Part shown: piece after piece, positions 1-13,120 of the stretch | How positions within the stretch are numbered: the stretch's first letter is position 1 | Layout: each line of letters begins with the position of its first letter | NCBI GenBank assembly: GCA_951406725.2 | Contig: OX597833.1 | Coordinates: 11,532,001 to 11,596,000 of the forward strand | DNA: 64,000 nt | Direction: 5' to 3' | Source: Octopus vulgaris | Lineage: Eukaryota | Program-made: the position numbers and the translations under genes | Notes under the pieces: model-generated | What the model saw: only the letters and a program-made list of their open reading frames with translations | The model's database searches: none | What the model was told of the DNA's origin: nothing

Positions 1-2654
1 CCCTCAAGTGTTCAGTGAAACGGTCGGACAACCGGCGTCCCGTCTGTCCTACATACAGCATCCCGCATAGGTTGCATTTAATGCAGTAAATAAGGCCAGA
101 CGAGGTGCACGTGAAAGAGTGCCTAATGCGTACAGTATGCAGGTTGGAGCCGGTGACAGCGGTGGTGTTGGTGATGAAGGGGCAAGTGTTGCAGCGGGAT
201 CTAGAGCAAGGGAATGATCCGTGGGGGGCTGAGGGGAAGGAGAGAGGGTGCTGTGGACCAGGAGGTCACGCAGATTGCGGGCTCGTTTGAAAGAGGACAG
301 GGGTGGGTTAGGGAAAATGGGGCGGGTGGTGGGATCAAGCTGGAGGCGACGGAAGGCACGTAGTATCTTGCGACGAAGGGGTAGGGTAGAGGGGTGGAAA
401 AGGAGGGGGAAGGGGTGCGGTTGGGGGGTGGGCGGGGGGAAGGAGACAGGGCGGTAGTGCGGTCGATGCGACGGGCGCGGGTGAGGGCATCAGAGAGGAG
501 TATGGGTGGGTAACCTCGGAGTCTGAACATGCGGGCCAGGTATTGAGATTGGGTCTCGAAATCCTGGTCGCGGCTGCACAAACGTCGGAGGCGGAGGAAC
601 TGGGAGTAGGGGATGGCTCGTTTGGTGTGGAAGGGGTGGGAGGAAGAGAAGTTGAGATAGAGGTGGGAATCCGTAGGTTTAAAGAAGGCGGTGGTGGTGA
701 GAGAGCTGGAGGGGTGATCGATGCGGAGAGAGATGTCAAGGAAGTTGACAGAGGTGTTGGAGATGGTGGAGGTGAATTGAAGAGAGGGGTGAAAGTTGGA
801 AAGGAAAGAGATGAATTGGCAGAGAAGTTCACGGGAAAGGGAGGTGGCACCTACGCAATCGTGGATATAGCGACCGTATAGTTCGGGGGTCGGCCCAGAG
901 AACTGGGAGAACACTTGGGCCTCAATGTAGCCAAGAAAGAGATTGGCGAAATTGACGCCCATCCTAGTTCCCATCGCGACCCCGCACATCTGTTGGTACG
1001 TTTCCCCGGCGAACGTGAAGCAATTGAGGGTGAGGACGAGCTCAGCCAAACGGAGAAGGGTGGGGGTGCTGGGGGTGGGGTCGGGACGACGGTCGAGGAA
1101 GTGTTGGAGGGCTAGGAGACCGTCATTGTGGGGAATCACTGTGTACAGGGATTTTACATCTAAGGTGAAGAGGAGGTGTGAGGAGCTGGAAGGGAAGGAA
1201 AAGGAATTGAAGAGACGGAGAGCGTGGTTGGTGTCGTGTATGTGGGATGGGAGGGCTGCGACTAAGGGGGACAGGATGCGGTCGAGGTATAGGGAGATGA
1301 GTTCAGTGGGGCAATTACAGGCAGAGACTATGGGACGGCCAGGGTTAGAGGGTTTATGGATCTTGGGAAGGAAGTAGATGGTGGAGGTGCGGGGTGTGCG
1401 GACGATGAGGTTGGTGGCGGTGAGGGGGAGAGCGGAGGAGGAGATGAGGTCGTGGATGGTGGAGGACACTCGCTGTTGGTAGGAGGAGGTGGGATCGGAG
1501 GGGAGGAGGCGATAGAAGAGGGGATTTTGAAGCCGGTTGAGCGCTTCCTCCCTGTATAGGTCCGCGCGCCACACTACCACTGCCCCGCCTTTGTCCGCCG
1601 GTTTGATGACAATGTCATCACGACGGCGGAGGTGGCGAAGGGCAATGGATTCGGCCCGAGTGAGGTTGGCTCGGCGGGGTCTTGGTTCAAAGTTGAAACG
1701 GTGGACCAAAGCGTTGCAGTCATGTACAAACGAATCTAGGCTACTGAAAAGGCCTGGGGGCGGCGTCCAGATGGATGGACGACGCCCCAGCTCCAAAAGG
1801 CAATCCTGATTGTTGTGACGCTGCGGGGACGCGTGGTAGTATGCGCAAAGTTTGAGGCGGCGCAGGAACAGGTTGACGTCCGCCCGAGTCTCGAACTCAT
1901 CACAGTGGCGCGTGAGCGGCGTGAAGCGGAGACCCTTACTGAGGAGGGAGCGCTCAGCGGCGGAGAGGGGGAGGTTGGGGGTATAGTGACAACAGCGCGA
2001 GGAAGCGGGGTGGTGGGAGGACTAGGGGCAGGCGGAGGGGGTGCAGGGGTGTGAAGGGGAGGGTAGGGGTGGTTGGGTGAACATGGGTTAGGCGTAGGAA
2101 GGTCACGGTGGGGGCGTTTTGGTCCGTGGAAGGGTGGGGTAGGTGCGAAGGAGGGGGGGAACAGTGGGGGATGATGGGGAAGGGGGTGAGGGGTTGAGGA
2201 GGAGGTGGAGTTTTTTGTTTTTTGTGTGTGTGAGGTAGTTGTAGAGTTGGTGGTTGAGATTAAGAATGAACCGGAGGATAGGTTGGGTGAAGAGTGGAGG
2301 GCAGAGGGCGGAGAGAAGGAGGTAGGCCTGGGGAAGTTGATGGTCGAGGGAGTCAAGGAGGGGGCGGGTGGAGCGGATGGTGGCGCGGAGGAGGGAGCGG
2401 GAGGTACGAGCGAGGGTGGCTTCGATGAAGGGGGAGGAATAGGGGGTAGCGTGGAACTTCAAGAGGAAACCGCGGGGTGTGACATGATGGCGGAGGCACC
2501 GGCTAAGAAAGGAAAGATGACTAGAATGGCGGGTTTTCTTAAAAAGCAAGCGGGAAAGTTTTATAGCAGGTGCGGAACATTGTGGGGGGAAGAACGCGAG
2601 GTAGCGGCAGAGGAGGGATTGAAGGTGTTGGACGAACGAGTGCAAGTCAGGCAT
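1..2654 (-). pseudogene. Frameshifted PLE RT/GIY-YIG polyprotein
   Basis: Coding pieces lie in different frames (2103-2672, 201-1796, and below 430). The catalytic YIDD motif reads YIHD. Confidence 0.85.
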
Positions 2655-3066
2655 GATGAGAAGTGGTGGCAAACAGGTAAAGGTGGGTGGTGGCGAAACA
2701 GGAAAAGGAGAGACAACAGGAAAACAACAAAAGAAGAAAAAGGGTGAAGACGGTTTGAAAACAATAGAACAAAGTTGAAAAAAGTCAGGAAAGAGATTTG
2801 AGAGTCAACGGACAGATTAGGTAATGATTTTCAATCACGGTAATGGCGGTACTCCGGAAGAAGGTTGCGGGTGATCCGTAGGTCAGGAAGAATGGTAACA
2901 ATAATCCGTAGGTGCAACAAATCCGGGAATTGGTGTCCAAGGTACAAGGGGTCCGTGTAGGCGCGCAGTGGTATAATTTTAATCCAAACGGGAAACAAAA
3001 AAACAACAACAATGGAACAATTACAGTATTATTATTAATAGGCGCTCAGGAAATGGAAGCAGGGAG

Positions 3067-3101
3067 GTATGACGTTTCGAGCGGAGCTCTTCGTCGGAAA
3101 C
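3067..3101 (-). ncRNA. Minimal type I hammerhead ribozyme of the PLE pLTR (degenerate)
   Basis: The minus strand reads GTTT CCGACGAA GAGC-TCC-GCTC GAAAC GTC ATAC. The core has U4>C and helix I has one mismatch. Confidence 0.7.
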
Positions 3102-3677
3102 ATAAAGAAGGAAGAGAGAGGAAAGAAAGATCCCAGAGCGGGCAACAGGGATAGAGAAAAAAACGACTGGTGTTTACGAGTTACACATGGTGAAAGGCGG
3201 ATGTTTACGATAACAAGGGCAAAGTGGGTTTTTAAAGGCAAAAGAGTGGAGACAAGGTTGGTAACGCAACAGATGTGTGTGTATGTGTGAGTGTGTGCGT
3301 GTGCGTGTGTGTATGTGTGTGTGTGAGGCGAGATAAAAAAACAAAAAATATATGTATGTGTTAGTGTGTGCGTCTGTGTGTAGGCGTGTGAGGTAGGGCG
3401 AGACGGTGGTCAGCATAGCAGATAAAGGTCAGTAGTAAGAAAAATATATATATATGCGACTTCGTAGCGATACCTTACAGTCATTTATCTGAGAAATACT
3501 CCACACACACCAACATGCATGAATGATTACCTACAGGTAGTTAGTTGGGTGGTGTACATTTTGTGATATTTCTGAAGCAGATGATTAATACCTTTTATAA
3601 GACGAGAACGTTAAACTGGATAGGAACCTGTTGATGCGCATTCAGGGCCAACGCAATGGTACATATGGAAGTTATTT

Positions 3678-3709
<32 letters not shown>

Positions 3710-3806
3710 GGTAAACCCCTCATGCATTTTCTGTCCTTTTATGAATCCGAATTGTTAGATTAAAACCGCATAAATTATTACGTGGTTCTCGATTTGCTGC
3801 AGGATG

Positions 3807-3846
<40 letters not shown>

Positions 3847-4961
3847 ATATATAATTGTGCTTATATGTTAGCATTTTGTCAGTTACGTGTGGGTTCCGGC
3901 GGTAAGCCATATACCAGCTTTAAACACACACAACCATAATCATCTTTCCCCTCCAGTCACACTACCACCGAGCACTTCTCAGGACGCACACCACATACCA
4001 TTATCCGCATACACTCCCACAATCTTTAATAGCAGCGCCACACATGCCACTATACAGGCAGTCACGCACATTGTTTCACCTAGTACACACAACATAATGC
4101 ACACTACTGCACCCAGACAGGCGCATAACACATGAATACAGACAATGCATATACACAAACACGCAACGCACATAACCACACGCAGTATGCATACGCACCG
4201 ACAAATTTCGCTCACAATACATAATCAATACACATGCACACTATTTGGTCATTGACACATACATACACAAGTACAGGCTCCACCTGAACAAGGACACATC
4301 ACATTCTACACACAACACGCACACGTTAATCCCACACATACACACACGTCCATAAGCATACTAACACAGATACACATTTCCATACGAACACGCACACACA
4401 TATACACCCAGACTCGCTCATACATATCTACCCACACGCTGCCATTCACATATACACCCTCACACACACCACTCACACACGCTTGAGCACCTTAGTTCGT
4501 TTGGATTACAGTTACACTTGTTATTTTCATACACCCTCAACAAATTAGACTGCTGGAAAAGAAATAATCTTAACATCGATTTGCAATCTCAGATACAAAG
4601 AGGCCCCCAAAGTAGGTCCCTAAGCTGTACCTATTGAAACTGTTTTCTAGAGCCGTACGAATCTGGGTTTTATACCCGTTTCCTATCTCCATCTCTTCTC
4701 ATCTTTCAGGATAGTTCCCAATACACCTCTAAGTACTCCAATACATTTTCCTCTCAAATAGAGACAACAGAAAGGCCAGGTCCTCGTACTTTACTCTTCT
4801 TTCTATACTTCTCCTATTAATGTTTTCATTATTTGGGACTTAAAAGTCAATTGTGTGGACACTTTCTATTCTCTTTATCTACTAATACCAAATCAGGCCT
4901 TCAGGCTTCAATTACTGTGTAGGTCTGAATGTTAAAGACCCACACTATATTATATCTCTTA

Positions 4962-5060
4962 CATTCTACTAATTTACTAGGTTCATGTTCATACCAGTTA
5001 TCACCATGTTCATTCTACTAATTTACTAGGTTCATGTTCATACCAGTTATCACTATGTTC
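4962..5060. repeat. 49-bp tandem duplication
   Basis: cattctactaatttactaggttcatgttcataccagttatcac(c/t)atgtt occurs twice in a row. Confidence 0.85.
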
Positions 5061-5179
5061 AAATAGTAGCTTTCTACATAGCTTCCGGTGGGTTATCTCC
5101 CTAGATTATCATGTCTTTTCTACAATTCCTTCTGTACCAGCATGCAACATTCACTTAGCAAAGGATTAACGCTTTCCTC

Positions 5180-5960
5180 TTTTGATTTCCGTAAACTTCA
5201 TTGGGAATCTACTTTGTTTTTGTCTATTTTGGCCATTATCAAATTAGTCCTCCATGCTTGATCTTATGCCGCAACTAACAAACTTTGTCTTCCGCTCCAG
5301 CTTCCCTTTCTGCAAACATGAGCTTCTCCCAGTACCACAATTTGATGCTACTATCTTTGGGAATCTACCATGCATAGGAGTCTATATCTAATCAAGGTAA
5401 CTCCAAAAAGTCTCCTATTGATATTAACCCTCTTCCGCCTTTCTTTCTGTGTTGATATAATCTTACTACTCCTGCCTTTGTGTGGAGTCATCCATCTGTC
5501 TAAATTTGCAAATACAGTTTTTGTCTAATTTACAAAAGCTGCTGAGTATCTAAGTAATGAGACTGCCTAAGTAAACACGGCCTTCACTACATTTGGACAA
5601 TTTACCTTTGCCTTCATTAGCTTCCTCACCCTCCGATGTACCCCTTCTCCATTTTCGTTTACATTTCTGTATTTAGTACCCAGATTCTAATACTACTAGA
5701 TACTTACAGCTCTCTCCTCCTTCCAATCCTTTAAAGGTCTGGACATCTGTTAATTGGACGTCTTCACTGCTGACTATCTGCCCCTTCTCATAACTAATAT
5801 CTATGCCAAATTCCATGCCTATATCGTTGTTGAAGTGTCTTACAGTCTGTATTATAAATGTAACGTTTTTTTCACTCTTACTAAATGCCAACAGATCCTC
5901 CATGTGGAGCAATTGGTTAATTTGTCGCTTATTAATTCTGAACTGACAGCCTGCCATTGT
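5180..5960 (-). mobile_element. Degenerate R4/Dong-like non-LTR retrotransposon RT fragment
   Basis: Motifs INQLLHMEDL (from INHLLYMDDL), NDIGMEFGID, KYLVVLE and LYQHRKKGGRGLISI. Confidence 0.7.
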
Positions 5961-6139
5961 CTTATATTATTACTATTATTATATGTTTGCTACCTTTCAT
6001 TGGAGCTCTATTTCCAGTTTTGGGGCTATTTTTCCCAAGCATTAAACTAATACATCTGCCCGTTGTTCCTACGCCTGTCTTTGTCATTTGCTCTGTGTAA
6101 ATTTGAACTGTATATATATATTTATATATATATTTTCAC

Positions 6140-6226
<87 letters not shown>

Positions 6227-6312
6227 GTGTGTGTATGTATGTATGTATGGAAATATGTCAAGGTAGAAGATGCTAAAATAATTTTACAAAAAACATTTCT
6301 GTACCGGTTTCT

Positions 6313-6414
6313 GAAGAAGAAGAAGAAGAAGAAGAAGAAGAAGAAGAAGAAGAAGAAGAAGAAGAAGAAGAAGAAGAAGAAGAAGAAGAAGAAGAAGAAG
6401 AAGAAGAAGAAGAA
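6313..6414. repeat. (GAA)n microsatellite
   Basis: About 34 perfect GAA units. Confidence 0.95.
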
Positions 6415-6617
6415 TGCGGGAGTGCCATGATAGTAGTATGTTAAATGGTCAAGTGCCCTGAAAGTGACACGTTGTGGATGGTAGTAGTGTTTGGGACTGT
6501 TTTTGAAAAAACAGTTTTTTTTGCAAAACAGTCCCAATCGCTGCTATAATCCATAACGAGGCACATTTAGGTCAATTGACCATTTAACACGCTACTACTA
6601 TCACACTACCTGCATTC
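6412..6617. repeat. Imperfect palindrome / MITE-like foldback
   Basis: gaatgc..tagtagt..gttaaatggtcaa..ttgggactgtttt is mirrored by aaaacagtcccaa..ttgaccatttaac..actacta..gcattc. Confidence 0.75.
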
Positions 6618-7609
6618 CTTCTTATTCTCCCTTCTTATTCTCCTTCTTCTTCTGCGTCTTCTTCCTCTCCTTCCAACTCCTTCCTAACTTTACCACTATT
6701 GCTGTTTAGAGTAACACCTAGGCAAACTTTATAAAGAAAACATTCAAAAGAGATGTCTCAAGAATTCAGTCACTAAAAACTGCATGGCTGCAGTTTAATG
6801 ACTGAAAATATGTACAGGTGTGGTTTCATTTATTATTCTAGTTGAAGAGCATTTAGGACGTATCTAAGTGGTATGAGATCCGAATATAAGGTGTGGGAAG
6901 TTTATGTAAATATAGGTTAAAAATTGTCACTGAGAGGACAAATAGTCATATTCCAGTCGAATTTTCAAGACTATTTTCCGTGTAAAGTCCATAGACATAA
7001 TAGCCTTATATGTATTTAGCTAAGCAGCATTCTGCGGTGTTTCCTAAGTGGATGTGAAAAGTTATTCATGGGATGGTAACGGAGAATTGAGCGGAAAGAT
7101 CTGCGGATATTGATTTTTGTTAGAGTTGTACATGTGGGAGTAATTCTTTTGTTGTTGTAGCCATTATATATTTCATGATGAGTTTGTAAAGTAGTGTGGT
7201 GCTTCAGTGAGTTTGTCTTAGTTTGTATTATGAATCCGAGTGATTCTTTGAAAAGCCATACGTCTGATATGGTGGCGCCAGTACGAGACTTGCTTGAATT
7301 TTTAAAGTTGCGCGTGAACAGTTGATATCTTTCTGTGATGGTACTTCATTCTAAGGTTTGGTGTATTTGAGACAGTAAAGAAATTCCTGTTAAACTAAAT
7401 ATCATTTTACTTTAAGATTTAAATGTTATGCACAGAACCTTACACCATGATTCTTGGACTATTCGCCCAGGTTTACATTGTTATGCTTTCATATTTCTCA
7501 CAGTCTATCATGTGTTTTTGTTTTTTCGTTTCTTTTTCAACATTTTCTGAAGGCAAGTATAACAAATTATGACTGTGGCAATGGCTCACCAATTAAGCTG
7601 AATACTTTG

Positions 7610-7825
7610 TTGTCCAACCAGTGTAACTTCATAACAACGGCAGGTTCTCGTATAAAACAGACATCGCACAGAATATTATGGTCATGATGGGATTTAGCGT
7701 TAATGAAAGAAATGATTGTATTAGATCTGTATAAGTTTAATTAATATTTACTACGATATAAAGTTGCGGCTTTTTCTAGCTCCGTTGTAAAAGAATAGGC
7801 ACGAATATATATGAAGTAAGACATG
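7610..7825 (-). pseudogene. Decayed exon-4 relic of the C4-like gene family (copy E)
   Basis: Translates IRAYSFTTELEKAATLYRSKY*LNLYRSNTIISFINAKSHHDHNILCDVCFIREPAVVMK, which aligns to copy A IWANY..GSEYQLDLY..FSFANAESIHDHNVPCAVCLTQQPAVVMM. A 3' UTR relic lies near 7350-7425. Confidence 0.8.
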
Positions 7826-7937
7826 CTGAATATGAAATAAGATAAGCATTGTTTCAAAGCAGGCCCTGAAAAGGAACTTTCAACATTCAGATTGCGATGG
7901 TAAAGGACAATGATGAGCTTACGCATGATTTCTATGT

Positions 7938-7971
<34 letters not shown>

Positions 7972-8475
7972 GTGTGTGTGTGTTTGTGTGTGTGTATGTG
8001 AGTGTGTGCGGCTTTAACGACAAAAGCTCATTAAAAGCCGAACAGTATAAAATCTATTGATGTATTGTACACAAGAGATTTGGGGTTTAGATATTCTTTG
8101 TTCTGGTGACGTAAATAAAGGTCGCATGTTCCGTATTACTGTCTCTGGGATAAGAAATATTTTATTGCCTTTCTAAATAAACAGACGTTTCCTTATACGA
8201 TATCGGAATGGAGAGGAATAGACAACAGGATGACGCAGACAAAATTTGAAGGGCCTATGGATCCCCCTAATTTTACTGTCCAATGGAAACCTTTATCATG
8301 CTCCAAACCAATCAGTATATGACCTGAGAAGATATCCAAGCTGAGACTCTTTGTATAAAAATGTAATTTGTAACTTTGGCTTGTAATACTAGAATGACCA
8401 GTTTGTTAATTTGGTGTCACGGTTTCTATCCGAGACAAATACAATTCGGATTTCGTTACTTACATATAAGCCTAC

Positions 8476-8921
8476 ATCCATCCATTCATCCATCCATCCA
8501 TCCATCCATCCATCCATCCATCCATCCATCCATCCATCCATCCATCCATCCATCCATTCATACATACATACATACATACATGCATGCATATATACATACT
8601 TACATACATACGTACATACATACATATATACATACATACGTACATACATACATACATACATACATAATACATACATTCATACATACATACATACATACAT
8701 ACATACATACGTACATACATACATACATACCTACATACATACATACGTACATACATACATAATACATACATACATACATACATACATACATGTATACATA
8801 CATACATACATACATACATACATAATACATACATACATGCATACATACATACATACATACATACATACATACATACATACATACATACATACATACATAC
8901 ATACATACGTACATACATACA
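8476..8921. repeat. (CATC)n/(CATA)n compound microsatellite, one of dozens of (TA)n, (TG)n, (TACA)n, (TAGA)n and (GAAG)n arrays in the window
   Basis: Direct reading. Confidence 0.95.
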
Positions 8922-9400
8922 TAAAGTTCAACATGTTCGACAGTGAGGGCAGGAAGTATGTAAGAAGGCATATAGGCGAAGAATATAATCCAGAATGCGT
9001 CTAACGTACAATTAAGTACGGTGGTGGACGCGTGATGGTATGGGGTGCATGTCTGCAAAAGCGTTGATCCTATGACCCGAATCAAAGGCATTATGGATAC
9101 TAAGTCCTACCTAGAAATATTGCATTAGACTGCTTTCATATGCCCGTAATTCATTTGGGCCGATCTTGGACTTTCTAGCATGACAACGACCCGAAACAAC
9201 GTCGCACTTTGTCAGAGATTACATTAGGTCTAAGAGAGTACGGTTGATGCAGTGGCCGGCGCAGTGACCGGTGCAGTGATCCGACTTAAACCCCATCGAA
9301 AATCTTTGGGAATGTTTGGCTAGAACTGTGCAAAGTAATAAGACAAAGAATAAGGATGATTTTTTTTTTATTATTAGCCAAAATTGGGTAAAATATCTCA
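8922..9400 (+). mobile_element. Tc1-family transposase remnant (catalytic region)
   Basis: [32 protein letters not shown] and WPAQ..DLNPIENLW, with stops. Confidence 0.85.
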
Positions 9401-10272
9401 GGAACAATGAAAAATTATCGCAAAAATTCTGTTTCAGAGATGCAAAGATATACTCTTGAAAATATTCGTAATCCAGGGAAGTGAATCCGGATTTAACCAT
9501 CAGAATAATTACTTCGGGATTGTAAACACTAAGTAATCTTGTTAGCCTTCGTTTATCTGAGAAATATTCGACACACTCCAACAGACAAACATGAATCCTA
9601 TTGGATATAACGTGACGGTCACAACATCTCAGCCTTCTTACACACAGCATCCGTGCTTGCCCTGACTATATTTGCTCTTTTCACTCTCACTTTTATGGGT
9701 GTTGTATTCGTTTCGCATGAAATCTATTCAGCTTCTAGGATTCATCCTTTCTTCGAGTCTGGTATGTTTACGTAGATGAGTGAAAGAAATCGTCGTATTT
9801 GATGTTCTCTGCTGCTGAAATGATGCAATTTTTCTGGTTGATTTCCTTTCTTATTCTTGTATATCAGCGTTTAGTGTATGATGTGAGTGTTCTGTGCATA
9901 GAGTTTCATTTTGTCATAATTTGTGGAAAGGTGGGAAGGTTGTGATTTAGATTTAGGTTATAAGTTATGAGGTAAGAATGGAACGGAAAGCTTCCCTGAT
10001 TAATAAAGGCAAATAAAATGGTTTGTGTAGAAGTAACTGGTTGTTGTTGTTGAAGCGATCATGTGTTTTCTGTGCTAAATAATGTGGTGGTTCATGGTCC
10101 TTTTCAGAATCCGAGGTGTAATTTCAAAAGCAAGACGTCTGAGATAGTAGCGTCAAGTATTAGATTTTCTAAGGCTGTGAAAAAGAAGCTGATATATTTC
10201 TATGTTGGTACTATATTTAGGGTTTTCTGAATAATGAGACAGAAGACAAAATACTGTTAAACGAAATAGCAT

Positions 10273-10278
10273 TTTATT
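10273..10278 (-). promoter_or_regulatory. Putative poly(A) signal of gene A
   Basis: AATAAA about 250 nt after the stop. It is positionally conserved in B (24516-24521), C (40206-40211) and D (61221-61226). Confidence 0.55.
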
Positions 10279-10526
10279 TTAACATTAACTTTGATATATT
10301 GAAATCTTAAAAAAATATTTTCTAGAATTATTTCGAGAGATTTAGATTTTTTCTCAGGATATTTCTGGCTTTCTACGTCGCCTCTTTTGTATGGTTTTTA
10401 ATATATTCTGATATACCAGTTTCTTTTAACGATAGACATACTTGAAAGAAAATATTAGGTAAAAATTTATAAAATTTCTTGTAATTCACAGAAATATATT
10501 TATATGGAACTGAATTTAATTTCTGT

Positions 10527-11026
10527 TCAATATTTACTGCACACAACGCAGGATAATTCTTGACCTCCGACATACGGTGGACATGGCAATGAACCACAAG
10601 AAGCCTGTACAAAATATAATATGGCTCCGTCTTCGTTTCTGTAACCTGCTGGATCAGCTTCTGGTGCATGATCCACACACACATATTCTAGCCGGCCCTT
10701 TTTTTGGTGATGACTGGACATCAAATATCCTGAATATTCAGTTGCCCAACCTTCGTAACACTGTGTCCTGGCTGGTAACATCATAACAACAGCAGGTTGT
10801 TGTGTCAAACAGACAGCGCACGGAACGTTGTGATCATGAATTGATTCAGCGTTAGCAAAAGAAAAGAGTTTATTCGTTGGGTATAAATCTAATTGATATT
10901 CACTGCCATGAATCCAACCTCCATCTTCAACTTTTGCAGTATAATTGGCCCAAATGGGATCGTTAGGTAGACATAAGAGATTACTTCCGCCACCTGGGTT
11001 GTCGTACCATTCTCCACCAGCCACAC
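10527..11026 (-). CDS. Gene A exon 4: short-chain collagen C4-like (spongin NC1-related) domain
   Basis: Acceptor ctag|GT, phase 1. Reads GGGSNLLCLP..GSEY..HNVPCAVC..PARTQCYEGW..EYSGYLM..YVCVD..CGSLPCPPY..CVVCSKY*. Confidence 0.92.
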
Positions 11027-11218
11027 CTAGAATTGGTAAGAATATATCGAGTAAAAAAGATATTAAGCAAAATTATATATGAAATAACGGAAACATTCAT
11101 AACAGTTTGACCCTTAAAAGAATTAATGTTTAGCCACGTGTGAACGAATTGTGGTGTATATATGTTAGTGTAAGCTCTGTGCGTATGAGTTCGCAGCTGT
11201 GCGTTTGTCTTCTCTTCA

Positions 11219-11268
<50 letters not shown>

Positions 11269-11339
11269 TGTGTGTGTGTGTACGATTAGGTAGTCGTGGC
11301 TGTGTTGTGTATTATTATGTATGTTTGCATGGGGTAGAT

Positions 11340-11950
11340 GTTTGTGTGTGGATGTCAATAAACGGTGAAAGGAAAGGGATTTTGTAACGCATGTGGTCGT
11401 GATTTCCCGAAATGGAAAAGATGTCGTTCACGTTTGAACGGGAAAATTGTTGGTGATGAGAATTGCATGTGGTTCGAGTAGAACAATACAATAGACGGCG
11501 AGATGCAGAGAACTGGTGGGTAAGAGGGGATGAAATACTGTTTAGTCGACCATAAGGGGGTGGCTGGCTATATCCATCGGTTTGTCTCGGACGAGTCAGG
11601 CCTACCACGAGACGGGCCTACCACATACTATAATATTATGATCACACAGATTTTATTTCATGCAAAGCATCAACTGAGGTGGGGTGAATTTTGAAGCTCA
11701 TTGGTGGCGTAGTGCTTAAGATGAATGGACAGCGATGTCGGTGACCGATAAAGGACATGTGTAGGGTTTATAGGGAGCAGATTCACAAAGGATGCCAGGT
11801 TGGTTGGAGAAGATGTAGGAAGCAGTAGCTTTGAATTGGAAGTTCCGGCGTTTCCTTACAAAGATATACTGGACAATTAATGAGGGGAGGTGGCGCATGA
11901 AAACAGAAATGTTTCAGGGACAGGACGATTTCGGTAAGGCGAGAAGAATA
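11340..11950 (-). mobile_element. Old Penelope-like 3' (GIY-YIG end) remnant in intron 3, with homologs at ~26700-27000, ~41440-41990 and ~62500-63050
   Basis: Degenerate KRERHLFHFGKSRPHAL resembles the PLE endonuclease C-terminal REQxLIFxLGTLxPxGLN. Confidence 0.5.
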
Positions 11951-12668
11951 GAAGTGCAATATGTACTCACTTGGGTTCTCTCAGTGATACTTAGTCCCTC
12001 CATATTATTCTTAATAAATACAGCCCTTAATTAGTTTTGTCCATTAGTTACAGTGTGTGGTTTTTCCAGTCCACATTGTACATTCTGCGTTCATTTCATT
12101 AACCCTATACACTCATTCATCAATTCTAATTAGACCTTGTTCAATTTAGTCTATAACAACAAGCAATAGACATTCTAGTTAAGGATAGTCAAGTGGACAC
12201 TTTTCAGCTCTGGTCACTCACGTACTATACCACCATCCGTAGCCAGTACACTTGATCACCAGTTAGCAGCCTTAGTATTTGATATCTACATTCCATACAA
12301 GTCAGCCAGGAGTCCTTGATCGCTATACTGGATTCCAGTCTAGTCCCTATCTATAATTTAACGTAGAGATATCAATATTCTGTAGTTAGACAACAATCTT
12401 TTCACCTGGTCCATAGTAGACAACATTTAAATTCTGATTTGACCAAATACCTTCAAAGGAGTAAGCAGTCTTGTGCAGTCTCTATAGGGTCTATAGGTAT
12501 CGTTACAAACGTGATATATCACATGATTTGCTTGAGTGTGCGTGCGTGCGTGTGCGTGAGAGAAGCGGAAAGAGAGGGGGCGACACAAAGAGAAAATGAG
12601 AGGAATAAAAAGAGAAGAAGAGAAAGATAAAGAGAGAAAGAGAGGACAGAAGTATAGCTTATACTAAC

Positions 12669-12743
12669 CGTCATATACAAGGTTTGAATTAGGAGGACAA
12701 GTAGTTCTGCCCCACCGGGTATACAATGATCCGAGACCGGGTT
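12669..12743 (-). CDS. Gene A exon 3 (K)PGLGSLYTRWGRTTCPPNSNLVYD(G)
   Basis: Acceptor ttcacag and donor G|gttagt, 75 nt, phase 1-1. YTRWGRxxCP is the canonical start of this domain. Confidence 0.92.
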
Positions 12744-13072
12744 CTGTGAAATTTAAAATGAAACAATTTAGTTTAAAAGAAAGAATTCTTGAATCCTATA
12801 CAAAGGAAGTTGTTGGCTTGGAAGGAATTGATAGAGAGGAGAGAAATTTAGAATTTAAGAGAGAAAGAATGAGTGAATGAATGAAAATCAGAATGAAAGA
12901 AGTAAATGATTCGCTAAGAATAAATTTTAAACGAAGAAAATTAGTCATTTGTCTATTGAGCCTGTTGTTGACGTTGATGTCAACGAATTGAGAGATTAAT
13001 CTCAGAATATCAGAAAGTGTATTTGTCTTCCTTAAGAACGGATGTTTGTTTTGTAGTTGAACTTGGATGAGA

Positions 13073-13120
<48 letters not shown>

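Larger units (their letters stand above)
1..3440 (-). mobile_element. Penelope-like retroelement, Neptune-like clade, 3' end running off the window start
   Basis: The RT has PADKGGAVV, YFLPKIHK, GRPIVS, DVKSLYT and GVAMGT motifs. The N-terminal part has LSKGLRF. A CxxxRCxTC linker precedes the GIY-YIG segment LIYCIKCNLCGMLYVGQTGRRLSDRFTEH at about 1-95. The upstream pLTR carries a hammerhead. Confidence 0.9.

Noticed and set aside
105-2747. Multiple Gly/Arg/Glu-rich plus-strand ORFs
   Set aside because: Antisense shadows of the C-rich Neptune PLE coding strand.
6136-6537. Poly-Lys / poly-Phe ORFs
   Set aside because: Product of the (GAA)n repeat.
8400-8445. Weak resemblance to exon 2, which would belong to copy E
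   Set aside because: Too short and diverged, and splice sites are not recognisable.
8376-9091. Met/Tyr-rich ORFs ([14 protein letters not shown]) superficially like reflectins, plus similar HTYI, CVCV, IYIY and LSIY ORFs throughout
   Set aside because: They are translations of di- and tetranucleotide microsatellites, open in several frames and strands, with no reflectin motif.
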